Shown: positions 37,106-46,210, counted from the first letter of the stretch. The stretch is 64,000 bases of DNA from an uncultured Candidatus Poseidoniales archaeon (GCA_902601345.1 CACKMK010000002.1:43571-107570); one strand, 5' to 3'. Numbers and translations are program-made. The notes: a model not told the origin generated them from the sequence alone.

Positions 37106-37248
37106 AGGGATAACGGGCGTAGGATAATTTGCAGATTTCGGATTTTGGTTTCCTAGTTCCGGAAAACCACCCATATCGAGAATGGATTAATATCCATGGT
37201 TTGCGTACGCGGGACGTTCCGAACTTGGAATGCATTTAGGAGAGCAGC

Positions 37249-37827
37249 ATGGGAATCAATCCAAAGATCGGAATTACTGGTCTCCCACGCTCGGGAAAGT
37301 CAGCTGTACTTCAGAAAGTTGTAGACATGATCTCCCAAGAGGGTAGTGGCTTCAGGAGGACCAAGGGTCCTAGTCCCCCTGAGCACATCATTGGGGGCAT
37401 GAGGTGCGAGCCAGTAATTGAGAACGGAGAGAGGGTTGGATATGCTTGCGTAAACATTCTTACCGGTGAGAAAGGGGTAATGGCCCATAGAGAAATAGAC
37501 TCTAGGAATCGCATACTTGGTTTCGGCATAGACCCAAGTGAGATTGATAGGGTTGGGGTTCCCGCGATAATTGACAGTATAGGAAACTGCGAGATCTTAG
37601 TGATTGACGAGGTCGGGAAGTTCACTGTTGAAAGCGAGGGGTTCGTCAATTCGGTTAGGTTGGCACTACAGCATGACCTACCTACTCTGCTGACTCTTCA
37701 CAAGAAAAGTCGTCACCCTCTATTGCAGGATATCCGGAGGAGGGATGACGCTCGTATACTGGAGGTGACTCCAGTGAACAGGTCGCTGCTTCCATACAAG
37801 ATTCACAAGTTAATCCAAGAGTTGTGA
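37249..37827 (+). CDS. THEP1-family nucleoside-triphosphatase (P-loop NTPase)
   Basis: 192 aa. Walker A is GITGLPRSGKSAV and Walker B is ILVIDEVGKF. Size and motif spacing match the MJ1559/THEP1 family. Confidence 0.65.
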   Translation: MGINPKIGITGLPRSGKSAVLQKVVDMISQEGSGFRRTKGPSPPEHIIGGMRCEPVIENGERVGYACVNILTGEKGVMAHREIDSRNRILGFGIDPSEIDRVGVPAIIDSIGNCEILVIDEVGKFTVESEGFVNSVRLALQHDLPTLLTLHKKSRHPLLQDIRRRDDARILEVTPVNRSLLPYKIHKLIQEL

Positions 37828-37873
37828 TGCTAACTTAGGTCAAGTTGATTGGAAGTGTCGAATTCGTGAAGCC

Positions 37874-38230
37874 ATGGATTCTCCGGCTTCGAGGATGAGC
37901 AGGCTCCTGTCGGGATTCATTCTCTGTCTACTGGCGGTGACATCCATTGCAGTCGTAGATGGCAGATTCACTGATTTTTCAGAGTTCGGAGTCTTCTCGG
38001 TAGTCTGTGCAATCTCGGTCTTAGCATCGGTTCTTCTTGTCTCATTAGCAGCGGGCAGGGGGAAGGAACACGGGAGATGGCCTACAGACTCAATGATCAG
38101 TAGAGAAGCCGAAGAGGCTATGATATCTAGGTTGGAGAAAGAGAGGGAGGAGGCCAGCATGCAGGGTCTTAGTTCCAAATGGGCAAGGATGGAGATGGAG
38201 CACCTGGAGTCAAAACACAGTGAGGAGTAG
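37874..38230 (+). CDS. Small hypothetical membrane protein (2 TM helices + charged coiled-coil tail)
   Basis: 118 aa. LLSGFILCLLAVTSIAVV and VFSVVCAISVLASVLLVSLAA. Preferred over the overlapping Ser-rich minus-strand ORF 37840..38427. Confidence 0.3.
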   Translation: MDSPASRMSRLLSGFILCLLAVTSIAVVDGRFTDFSEFGVFSVVCAISVLASVLLVSLAAGRGKEHGRWPTDSMISREAEEAMISRLEKEREEASMQGLSSKWARMEMEHLESKHSEE

Positions 38231-38269
38231 GGAGCGAAAACTTGACCCCATGTCCACTGCACGCGCTGT

Positions 38270-38665
38270 TTGGTAGTTGGTATGGGAGACGTTCCTGAAG
38301 AGCTGAAATACACCGAGGAGCATGAGTGGGTTAGAGTTGAAGGAGACGAGGTGAGTATAGGAATAACTGACTTTGCCCAGAATGCCCTGACTGAGGTGGT
38401 CTGGGTAGAGCTTCCCGAGACCGACATCGAGGTGAGCGCGATGGAGTCTTTTGCGAGTGTCGAATCTGTGAAGTCGGTTAGCGAGATTTATGCCCCTGTC
38501 GCCGGTACCGTAACTGAAGTCAACCATTCTCTGGAGGATTCTCCAGAGCAGATAAACGAGGACCCATATGGCTCGGGGTGGATATGCAAAATCAATGTAG
38601 GTCCTGATTTGGATCTGAGTGGGCTTCTGGATGCAGGCAGTTACTCCAAACTTATCGGAGAATGA
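38270..38665 (+). CDS. gcvH: Glycine cleavage system H protein (lipoyl carrier)
   Basis: 131 aa. SVESVKSVSEIYAPVAGTV contains the lipoyl-lysine motif (ESVK..S..Y.P..G). EEHEWVRVEGDEVSIGITDFAQ is the typical GcvH N-terminal region. Confidence 0.85.
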   Translation: MVVGMGDVPEELKYTEEHEWVRVEGDEVSIGITDFAQNALTEVVWVELPETDIEVSAMESFASVESVKSVSEIYAPVAGTVTEVNHSLEDSPEQINEDPYGSGWICKINVGPDLDLSGLLDAGSYSKLIGE

Positions 38666-39207
38666 CCATGGGGTCTACTCGGCCTGTACACATCTACGTT
38701 GACGGTTCATGTGGAGAGAATCGTAATGTTACATCAGATACCAAGGCTGGATGGGGGTTCTGTGTAATCTCAGAGGACACCGGGTCTGGAAATGGTAAGG
38801 GGAGTCTCTTGATGGAATCATTTGGACATGTCGTCACAAATCCAGAGGATGATGGGTTTTTGGGTGCCGAAGTGGGTTCTAACAACACCGCCGAGCTATC
38901 GGCCATCGCCCATGCTCTGAGGTGGGTTATTCTGGAGAAGGGAGTAGGGGCAGCAATAGTGAGGAGTGACTCGACTTATGCGTTGAATATAGCCTCGGGG
39001 ACTTGGGAGGCGAAGGCAAATCAAGAATTAGCAAGGAGAGTGAGTTCTTTGTGGAAGGAAGTGTCTGGCCTTATGATGCTGAGTGGTGAGCATGTGCCTG
39101 CTCACACCGGTCATAGGTGGAATGAGCGAGCTGATCACCTAGCGTTCAGGGCTATGAAAGGAGAACCCCCGCTACCTCTGCAGTTCTGGAAACCCGGGAA
39201 GAGGTAG
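38662..39207 (+). CDS. rnhA: Ribonuclease HI
   Basis: 181 aa. VDGSCGEN...AGWGF (catalytic Asp region), TNNTAELSAIAHALRW (the E of the DEDD), IVRSDSTYALN, and VPAHTGHRWNERADHLA (C-terminal HxxxNExAD). Confidence 0.8.
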   Translation: MTMGSTRPVHIYVDGSCGENRNVTSDTKAGWGFCVISEDTGSGNGKGSLLMESFGHVVTNPEDDGFLGAEVGSNNTAELSAIAHALRWVILEKGVGAAIVRSDSTYALNIASGTWEAKANQELARRVSSLWKEVSGLMMLSGEHVPAHTGHRWNERADHLAFRAMKGEPPLPLQFWKPGKR

Positions 39208-39208
39208 T

Positions 39209-39622
39209 TCACTCCTCTTTTAGAGGGCCTATGACGAGGTATACGTATACGGCCTGGAGACCCAGAAGGAGTCCAACTAGAACCAAGATGAGCCCGGTTG
39301 GATCAGGAAGGTGAGGTTGCATAGGATTCCCAGCTACCCAGGAAATTGCTAGAAATCCTATGGAGGCATATAGAACTAGTCTGGCGGACTCCTCTGGTTT
39401 CTCCCAAAGGTCAATCCAAGGGACTAGTCCCTTTCTCTTGAATGTTCGACGATACCAAGCCACATAGGCTAAGGATGCCCCTACAAGACCGATTACTCCT
39501 CTGGAAAAACTGGAGTCTTCCCAAGGTCCGCTCGGTGCGACGCCGAACACTAGGGCATCGAGAATCAACAGCACGGCTGCGACTGCATGCGGCTTCCACT
39601 GCGGCTCGCTTTGGCTTACCAT
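39209..39622 (-). CDS. Hypothetical membrane protein
   Basis: 137 aa with about four hydrophobic helices. No family recognised. Confidence 0.35.
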   Translation of the reverse strand: MVSQSEPQWKPHAVAAVLLILDALVFGVAPSGPWEDSSFSRGVIGLVGASLAYVAWYRRTFKRKGLVPWIDLWEKPEESARLVLYASIGFLAISWVAGNPMQPHLPDPTGLILVLVGLLLGLQAVYVYLVIGPLKEE

Positions 39623-39684
39623 GGAATGACCAGGTCGAGCCGCAGTAATGATGTATTGCTCTCATCTGCGAAGCCTGAGAAGAC

Positions 39685-40638
39685 ATGGAAGAAGTTGCGT
39701 TCTCCGATATCGTCGAGGCTGCTAAAGCGCTCGAAGGAGTAATCGTAAGGACTCCAGTTGTAAATTCCGCGAAAATTGACGAAATCGCTGGAAGGAAGGT
39801 TTTCATGAAGTGTGAGAATGCCCAACACGTCAAGGCGTTCAAATTCCGAGGGGCTTCTAATGCGGTAAGAGTCCTCGGGGACGACGCAGAGGATGGTCTT
39901 TGCACTCACAGCAGCGGGAACCATGGACAGGCAGTCGCTTTGGCTGCAAAGCACAGGGGAGTCCCTGCCTACATCGTGATGCCTAACAACGCTCCCAAGG
40001 TTAAGATCAACGGCGTCATTAGCCATGGTGCAGAGGTGATCCTCTGCGAGCCTAACCTAGATGCGAGGATTTCTACTGCAAATTCGGTGCTTGAAAGGAC
40101 CGGGGCGACCTTCATCCATCCTTTTGACAACCTCAGCGTCATAGCCGGACAGGGAACTGCAGCGAAAGAGATGATAGAGGATTGTGAGGGACTAGATGCC
40201 GTCTTGTCCCCCATTGGCGGAGGTGGCCTGATGTCTGGGACATGCATTTCCACCCGGGCTCTACTTCCGGAAGCTCGAATTTTCGGAGCAGAGCCAGAAG
40301 GGGCTGATGATGCTGCTAGATCTCTGGAGACCGGGGAGTATGTGTCCCAGACAGATCCCGATACTATCTGTGATGGCCTTTTGACCAGCATGGGCCAGAA
40401 GACATGGCCAATCATCAAGAGGCACGTAGAAGAAATTGTCACCGTTAATGACGATGCTGTGCTGGGGGCAATGTCGCTGATTCACGAAGAGTTCGGGATG
40501 GTCGTGGAACCCAGTGGAGCCATATCCCTGGCAGCAGTGCTCAAGGATGAGTTCAGAGAAAAGAAAGGAATCGGATCTATTGGAATTATTCTGTGTGGTG
40601 GAAACGTAGACCCTGAGAATCTCCCCTTCACCCTTTGA
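39685..40638 (+). CDS. PLP-dependent threonine ammonia-lyase / serine racemase family (fold type II)
   Basis: 317 aa. MKCENAQHVKAFKFRGASNAV contains the PLP-lysine signature of serine/threonine dehydratases. Glycine-rich SPIGGGGLMSG loop. No C-terminal ACT domain. Confidence 0.75.
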   Translation: MEEVAFSDIVEAAKALEGVIVRTPVVNSAKIDEIAGRKVFMKCENAQHVKAFKFRGASNAVRVLGDDAEDGLCTHSSGNHGQAVALAAKHRGVPAYIVMPNNAPKVKINGVISHGAEVILCEPNLDARISTANSVLERTGATFIHPFDNLSVIAGQGTAAKEMIEDCEGLDAVLSPIGGGGLMSGTCISTRALLPEARIFGAEPEGADDAARSLETGEYVSQTDPDTICDGLLTSMGQKTWPIIKRHVEEIVTVNDDAVLGAMSLIHEEFGMVVEPSGAISLAAVLKDEFREKKGIGSIGIILCGGNVDPENLPFTL

Positions 40639-40682
40639 ATCTATGCTAACAGATTATATCCTTATGGTGAGCCTAGTACCCA

Positions 40683-41693
40683 ATGGCCCTAGTATTTGAT
40701 AGGATTAAATCGACGCCCGGCGAAGCACTGCTTCTTCTGACTGCCTTGGTAACCCTGGTTTACTCGTTGAACTTCATGTTCTTCTCGGTGTGTTACACTA
40801 CTGCAGGAGAAGATTGCTTCACCTTACTAAATAATGGTGCGCCCATTGGTGATCCAGCATACGGTGCTGGCGCACCAGAGTTCGCATTCAACGGCATCCT
40901 GATGTTCGGGCTTTTCATATCGACCATGCTGATTCTCAATGAGGGCGCGCGTGGCATGTGGAAGGTGATGCTCCCCGTTCTCGCTGGACTAGTCGTAGCT
41001 AGCGCGGTAATCTGGATATTCTGGAACGATGCTAGCGAGTCTAGCGAGGCCCCCAAGTTCCTCACTCCCATCGTGACCTTGGCTTATGCCGGAGCGTACA
41101 TGATGCTCCGTTCGGAGGATCAGGTTCACGAGGGTTTGGATTCGCTCTCGTTCGGTATCGGTATCAAGGACCCAGTGGCTATGATGGGCCTGATCTTGGT
41201 CATCGCAACGGGGATATTCTACGTGTTCAGGCAGATAGCTGACCCACAATCCGTGATTGACGCGGTCACTCCGGGGAATGCCACAGATGGCCTCCTAGCT
41301 CCGTCTGAAGTTACTGTGGCCTTCACAGGGGCTCTTCTACTAACTTACGTACTTTGGGCAGTCGTTATCCTGACCCAAGGGGCCAAGGGGATGTGGGCAG
41401 TAGCTCACCCTGCACTCTTCGCTTTCCTTACCGTGACGATAGCCAACTACTTCGGATTCGTCTTTGGTCCGATTAGAGAGTTCTCAGAGCAGAATGAGAT
41501 GGATGCGATTTCGGGACCGGCGACCATGCTCGTATTCCTCTTGGTCTACCTCAGGCTAAGGGACGAGGGCATCGAGGATGGCATGACCATCCAAGGTGAG
41601 TCGCAGGATTCTGCAGGATTCGATCGTTTCTTCGTGGTGGGTGCAATCATGATATCAGCAGCATTTATGATCGTACAGATATCTGGTCTGTGA
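40683..41693 (+). CDS. Hypothetical polytopic membrane protein
   Basis: 336 aa with about 8 predicted TM helices. No motif recognised. Confidence 0.4.
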   Translation: MALVFDRIKSTPGEALLLLTALVTLVYSLNFMFFSVCYTTAGEDCFTLLNNGAPIGDPAYGAGAPEFAFNGILMFGLFISTMLILNEGARGMWKVMLPVLAGLVVASAVIWIFWNDASESSEAPKFLTPIVTLAYAGAYMMLRSEDQVHEGLDSLSFGIGIKDPVAMMGLILVIATGIFYVFRQIADPQSVIDAVTPGNATDGLLAPSEVTVAFTGALLLTYVLWAVVILTQGAKGMWAVAHPALFAFLTVTIANYFGFVFGPIREFSEQNEMDAISGPATMLVFLLVYLRLRDEGIEDGMTIQGESQDSAGFDRFFVVGAIMISAAFMIVQISGL

Positions 41694-41698
41694 ATAGG

Positions 41699-41772
41699 TG
41701 GAGCACGAGCCGGGATTTGCACCCGGGTCCATGGATCTGCAGTCCATTGCATAGCTGCTCTGCCACTCGTGC
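41699..41772 (-). tRNA. tRNA-Cys (GCA), CCA encoded; atypical D- and T-loops
   Basis: Manual fold of the minus strand. Acceptor is GCACGAG/CTCGTGC (7 bp) with discriminator U and CCA. Anticodon stem ATGGA/TCCAT carries the loop CUGCAGA (U33, anticodon GCA, G37), identical to M. jannaschii tRNA-Cys. T-stem CCGGG/CCCGG has the loop UGCAAAU. D-arm is only ~3 bp and its loop has no GG. Confidence 0.65.
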
Positions 41773-41859
41773 TTCACCCCGCCGACCGTACTTTCTCTCT
41801 TGAAGGCTGTCCGCGTTTCGGCATACCTTCATTGGGTGGGTGCCGGTGTGAAAGGCATG

Positions 41860-42993
41860 CCCCGGGTGTCTTCCCGTTTCGAGGGTCTCGGCGTCGGTTT
41901 CGCCCCTTATCTCCAGCCTCCAGGTCCCGAGGTCGTCAGATGGACCGTTGGCGAACCCGGTTTCGAAACCCCATCCCCTATCGTCGATGCTGCGATTAGG
42001 GGTCTCGAGGAAGGGAAGACGAAGTACACCAGAGGACCGGGATCAGTAGAACTATGCAATGCCGTTTCCGAATACCTCAGAACTCACCATGACATCGAGG
42101 CAAGGGCGGAAGATATCGTAGTCACTCCAGGGGCGAAGCAGGCTCTTCTATACTCATTCTTGATTACAACTATGCCGGGAGACGAAGCTATTCTCCTTTC
42201 CCCATCATGGGCATCATACGAACCCATGCTGGAATTCATCGGAGCCGTGCCCGTGAATGTAAATGTGAAGATGGACAACTTTCACCCTGATTTGGAAGCA
42301 ATTAGAGAGGCTGTAACCGAGAAGACCAAAATGATCCTCATCAATTCTCCATGCAATCCGACTGGAGCCGTATTCACTCCTGAGGAAATCAGGGGGATTG
42401 TGGATATAGCGGTTGAGAATGACTTGTGGATAGTTTCTGACGAGATTTACGGAAGAATGGTTTGGGTGGATTGGCCTCACGTTTCTCCGTCAACAATGCC
42501 CGGTGGAATGGAGAGGACCATTGTGGTCAATGGTTGGTCAAAGTCTTGGGCTATGACCGGGATGAGAGTAGGTTTTCTCACTGGTCCAAGCGAAGCGATG
42601 AGAGCAGCGGTGAAGAGCCAGGCCAACTCAGCATCCCATATCCCGACATTCATGATGGATGCAGCCAAGGTAGCGCTGGAATGCGAGGACTCGGTACAGG
42701 AGTTCAACAGTGAGTATAGGAAGAGAAGGAATCTGATGACGGAAGGGCTATCTTCCATCCCAGGAATAAGGGTCCCGGAACCAGAGGGTGCTTTCTACGT
42801 ATTCGCAGACGTAACAGGGACTGGGATGACCGATATCGAATTCGCAGATGGGGCATTAGAAGCAGGAGTGCAACTAATTCCGGCCTCTTTGATTACGGGA
42901 GGCGAGGGTTTCGTCAGGATCTCATATGCTGCTGATGAAGAGGACATTATGGAGGGTTTGAGGAGACTCAAGTCCTGGCTATTGCAAGAGTGA
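41860..42993 (+). CDS. Class I/II PLP-dependent aminotransferase (aspartate aminotransferase family)
   Basis: NSPCNPTGAV, IVVNGWSKSWAMTGMRVGF (PLP-lysine SKS.AMTGWR.G motif), and TVGEPGFETPSPIVDAA N-terminal region. Start set at Met 41860 to leave room after the tRNA. Track ORF starts at 41800. Confidence 0.8.
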   Translation, partial: PRVSSRFEGLGVGFAPYLQPPGPEVVRWTVGEPGFETPSPIVDAAIRGLEEGKTKYTRGPGSVELCNAVSEYLRTHHDIEARAEDIVVTPGAKQALLYSFLITTMPGDEAILLSPSWASYEPMLEFIGAVPVNVNVKMDNFHPDLEAIREAVTEKTKMILINSPCNPTGAVFTPEEIRGIVDIAVENDLWIVSDEIYGRMVWVDWPHVSPSTMPGGMERTIVVNGWSKSWAMTGMRVGFLTGPSEAMRAAVKSQANSASHIPTFMMDAAKVALECEDSVQEFNSEYRKRRNLMTEGLSSIPGIRVPEPEGAFYVFADVTGTGMTDIEFADGALEAGVQLIPASLITGGEGFVRISYAADEEDIMEGLRRLKSWLLQE

Positions 42994-43006
42994 GTTTGAA
43001 ATCTCG

Positions 43007-43408
43007 GTGACTTGGCTCGGGACTGTGGACGATATCGAATCTGCAGGTTCCCATGTCCTTCTTGACTATGTCAACTACAGGAGGGGAGAAACTGGAGACG
43101 GAGAATGGGTACTATCGGTTCTAAGGGAGTGCGTAAGAGAGTCAGGAGTGAGGGAGGTCCATTCACACGTAGAGATATTCGATGGAGAAGATAGCCCCCC
43201 TGGTTTTGCTGCTGTAGTTCTTATCGATGAGAGCCATGTAACGGCACATTGCTACTCGGAGAGGGGAATTCTAGCCGTCGACGTCTTCACATGTGGAGAT
43301 AGCGATCCCTCTGAGGTAGCAGCCATGATCAATGACACGCTGGTATCCGAGATTCCCGGCTTGAGGAGAGTTTTCGAGAAGAGAGTCGAACGATTCAGGA
43401 GTGATTAG
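43007..43408 (+). CDS. speH: S-adenosylmethionine decarboxylase proenzyme (class 1b, SpeH-type)
   Basis: 133 aa. VVLIDESHVTAHCYSERGILAVDVFTCGD matches the SpeH processing site (ES-H) and core (similar to B. subtilis ...[27 protein letters not shown]). Confidence 0.8.
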   Translation: MTWLGTVDDIESAGSHVLLDYVNYRRGETGDGEWVLSVLRECVRESGVREVHSHVEIFDGEDSPPGFAAVVLIDESHVTAHCYSERGILAVDVFTCGDSDPSEVAAMINDTLVSEIPGLRRVFEKRVERFRSD

Positions 43409-44353
43409 ATGGGAATTAGGGACTTCATCGAAACCCACTATTCTCACTTCAATGCCGGTGAACTGGCGAAATGCATAGATTCCCTAAGGGAGTTCCTAGA
43501 TGGAGGAGGGAGACTGATGATCACTCTAGCAGGAGCGATGTCCACTGCAGAGGTCGGAAAGAGCCTAGCCCCTGCAATCAGGTCTCAGAAAGTGCATGCA
43601 ATTTGCTGCACCGGAGCAAATCTGGAAGAGGAGTTGTTTGGCCTCTTCTCTAGATCTGAATACGAGCATGTTCCAAACTGGAGGCATCAGAGCAAGGAAG
43701 AGGATGCTGAGCTTCACCAAAGAGGAATGAACCGTGTTACTGACGTAGCAATCCCGGAAAGTACGTTCACCAAGGTGGGGGAATCATTGATGTCACTGTG
43801 GGAGGAATCCGAGGCCGTGGGGGACAGTCGCTTCCCGCACGAATACGTATACGACCTGCTACTTCACGAAGACCTCGAGGTCTCCTCGGCACCTGAGGAT
43901 TCGTGGTTAGTAGCGGCTGCTGATGCCAATCTTCCTATTTTCACCCCTGGCTGGGAGGACTCAACACTCGGGAACCTGCTTTCTGCTAGGGTCATAGACT
44001 GCACGCTCAAGAGCAATGCGATTGTGAGAGGCGGATTAGACGCGATGCAATCTCTTGCAGATTGGTATCGAGAGGATGACTCTCCCACGGGTATGCTACA
44101 AGTTGGAGGCGGAATTTCAGGAGATTTCGCGATCTCAGTCGTACCTATGCTTAGGCAGGACGCGGGAGTGGAGGTTCCACTTTGGGCATGGTTTGCTCAA
44201 ATCTCTGAGTCCAGTCCTTCATACGGCGGCTATTCTGGAGCTCCTCCAACTGAGAAGATTAGCTGGGGCAAATTGGGAGTCGAGACTCCTCAGTTCGTAA
44301 TCGAGTCAGATGCAAGCATCGTACTTCCCCTGATCCTTTGCTCATTGGAATAG
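43409..44353 (+). CDS. dys: Deoxyhypusine synthase
   Basis: 314 aa. ITLAGAMSTAEVGKSLAPAIRSQKVHAICCTGANLEEE matches the DHS NAD/spermidine-binding core. Start codon overlaps the stop of speH. Confidence 0.8.
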   Translation: MGIRDFIETHYSHFNAGELAKCIDSLREFLDGGGRLMITLAGAMSTAEVGKSLAPAIRSQKVHAICCTGANLEEELFGLFSRSEYEHVPNWRHQSKEEDAELHQRGMNRVTDVAIPESTFTKVGESLMSLWEESEAVGDSRFPHEYVYDLLLHEDLEVSSAPEDSWLVAAADANLPIFTPGWEDSTLGNLLSARVIDCTLKSNAIVRGGLDAMQSLADWYREDDSPTGMLQVGGGISGDFAISVVPMLRQDAGVEVPLWAWFAQISESSPSYGGYSGAPPTEKISWGKLGVETPQFVIESDASIVLPLILCSLE

Positions 44354-45586
44354 TTGAGAGTAGTTCCCAACCTCCTCTGATATTCGAATCAGTTGGTTGT
44401 ACTTCGATGTCCTGTCTGACCTAGCCGGTGCCCCCGTCTTGATCTGCATTGAGTTTGTACCAACGGCCAAATCGGAAATTATGTCGTCAGAAGTCTCTCC
44501 TGACCTATGACTGATTATAGTCCCAAAACCAGCCTCTCTTGACTTTCGAATCACTTCCATAGTCTCAGTGAAGGTCCCAATCTGGTTCAATTTGATTAGT
44601 ATAGCATTTGAGGCATGGATAGAGATTCCTTTCTCGAGCCTCTTAGGATTAGTCACATACAGGTCATCACCGACTATCTGTACCCTGTGTCCTTCTCTGG
44701 AGGTGAATTCCTTCCAAGAGTCCCAATCGTCTTCTCCGAATGGGTCCTCGATTGACACAATTGGATACTCATCCAACCAATCAGAGTATTTTTTGCCGAG
44801 ATCTGTTCCAGATATTAGTTCTCCATCAATTAGGTAGTTTGAGCCATCGAAGAATTCCTGTGCTGCTACGTCTAAGGCTATGGAGACCTCTTTCCCTGGA
44901 GTGTATCCTGCTGCCTCTATTGCTTCTCTGACCAAACGTAGTCCCTCTTCGTTCCTAGGAAGATTCGGGGCGAAGCCACCTTCGTCCCCCACTCCGCCAA
45001 GCAGTCCCTCTTCCTTTAATTTGGTCTTGAGGGAATGGTAAATCTCGACTCCCGATCTCAGAGCCTCCGAGAAGGATTGGAAACCGTGAGGGACGACCAT
45101 AAATTCCTGCACATCGACATTCGATTCGGCGTGTGCTCCGCCGTTCAGAATATTCATCATCGGAACTGGCAGACTGATCTCGTCTCCGTGACAAATATGC
45201 TTCCAAAGTTCTCCTTCTGAAGAAGCCCTCAAGCATGCCAAGGAGGCTCCCAATATGGCGTTGGCCCCCAAGGAACCTTTGTTCTCAGAGCCATCCAATT
45301 CTATCAGTAGAGAGTCAATACTCTCCTGTTCAGAAGGATTCATTCCGATCAGTGCCTCTCTGATTGGACCGTTGACATTGTCAACCGCCTTTTGAACTCC
45401 CTTACCCATCCACTGAGTCCCGCCATCTCTCAATTCTACTGCTTCATGTGTTCCAGTGCTTGCTCCCGAAGGAACCGCTGCCCTACCCTTCAATACACCA
45501 TCGACATAGCAGTCGACTTCAATGGTTGGATTCCCTCTTGAATCGATGATAGCCCTAGCGAAGATGTCGCTGATAGCGGCACCCAT
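44342..45586 (-). CDS. eno: Enolase (phosphopyruvate hydratase)
   Basis: ILIKLNQIGTFTETMEVIRKSREAGFGTIISHRSGETSD is the enolase signature. Start set at MGAAISDIFARAIIDSRGNPTIEVD, the canonical N-terminus. The 21 upstream codons in the track ORF are not conserved. Confidence 0.9.
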   Translation of the reverse strand: MGAAISDIFARAIIDSRGNPTIEVDCYVDGVLKGRAAVPSGASTGTHEAVELRDGGTQWMGKGVQKAVDNVNGPIREALIGMNPSEQESIDSLLIELDGSENKGSLGANAILGASLACLRASSEGELWKHICHGDEISLPVPMMNILNGGAHAESNVDVQEFMVVPHGFQSFSEALRSGVEIYHSLKTKLKEEGLLGGVGDEGGFAPNLPRNEEGLRLVREAIEAAGYTPGKEVSIALDVAAQEFFDGSNYLIDGELISGTDLGKKYSDWLDEYPIVSIEDPFGEDDWDSWKEFTSREGHRVQIVGDDLYVTNPKRLEKGISIHASNAILIKLNQIGTFTETMEVIRKSREAGFGTIISHRSGETSDDIISDLAVGTNSMQIKTGAPARSDRTSKYNQLIRISEEVGNYSQLFQ

Positions 45587-45633
45587 TGATGCGCCCACGG
45601 GACCCTGACTTCTCAAGGTAGCGATTCGAATGG

Positions 45634-46065
45634 CTATCTGTTTAGCCAACTAAGCCACCGAGAGACCTTACTCTGCATCTCTGGGACTTCCAACTCTGAT
45701 CTGCATGAGCATTCCCAGCACAGTTGCTCCTCATTAGGTGAAATTGAGAATAGTTCGGCTCTAATTAGTACTCCATCTGCATCATTAGATTTGGAACGGT
45801 TATCGTCTACGAAGCAGTGCAACAAGTGCTTTGGGTAATGGTGGATTCTTCCAGACTTGGGGCAGCATAACATAGCGCTCCTAGGGAGGAAGATGAGCGA
45901 GGAGCCAGTAGCTGGGTCAAGTTCGTGTCCCTCGATCTTGGTTCCATCCAACAGGGATGCCACGTCAATATGATGCCACTGAGATTCTGAATGTGGGATA
46001 TCTAGTCCAGACACGTCATCAAGGTACTCCTGAATCCTGAGTTGGGAGGCTGCTTCCTCCTTAGT
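45634..46065 (-). CDS. Hypothetical Cys/His-rich protein (possible Zn-binding)
   Basis: ~144 aa from MTKEEAASQL. Cys/His clusters: LCCPKSGRIHHYPKHLLHC and CWECSC. The track ORF extension reads through the AT-rich promoter region. Confidence 0.35.
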   Translation of the reverse strand, partial: TKEEAASQLRIQEYLDDVSGLDIPHSESQWHHIDVASLLDGTKIEGHELDPATGSSLIFLPRSAMLCCPKSGRIHHYPKHLLHCFVDDNRSKSNDADGVLIRAELFSISPNEEQLCWECSCRSELEVPEMQSKVSRWLSWLNR

Positions 46066-46210
46066 CATGGCTAACCAAGATGGGTCGTCCCATTTGAATA
46101 CAACCAATTTTATTGATTTAAACAATAACAAGAAAAGTGTCTTTTTATGAAGAAAAATGTTCGATAATACCAAGAAATAACCATAAGTTGCATGTTTTTC
46201 GGAGAAGAGT
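46066..46210. promoter_or_regulatory. AT-rich divergent promoter region (hypothetical Cys-rich gene <-> lrp)
   Basis: The window's most AT-rich intergenic stretch (tttattgatttaaacaataacaagaaaagtgtctttttatgaagaaaaatgttcgataatacc), with several TATA-like elements, lies between divergently transcribed genes. Confidence 0.35.

Noticed and set aside
37106-37248. Short inverted repeat tggat-taat-atcca upstream of the THEP1 NTPase gene as a regulatory operator
   Set aside because: It is only a 5-bp arm palindrome and is likely to occur by chance. There is no second copy and no associated regulator gene.
37840-38427. 195-aa minus-strand Ser/Thr-rich ORF
   Set aside because: Low-complexity translation. 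It overlaps a more plausible plus-strand small membrane protein ORF and the conserved start of gcvH.
45587-45649. 21-codon upstream extension of enolase
   Set aside because: The enolase family N-terminus (IxxIxAREILDSRGNPTVEV) aligns to the internal Met. The extension would overlap the 3' end of the next gene.
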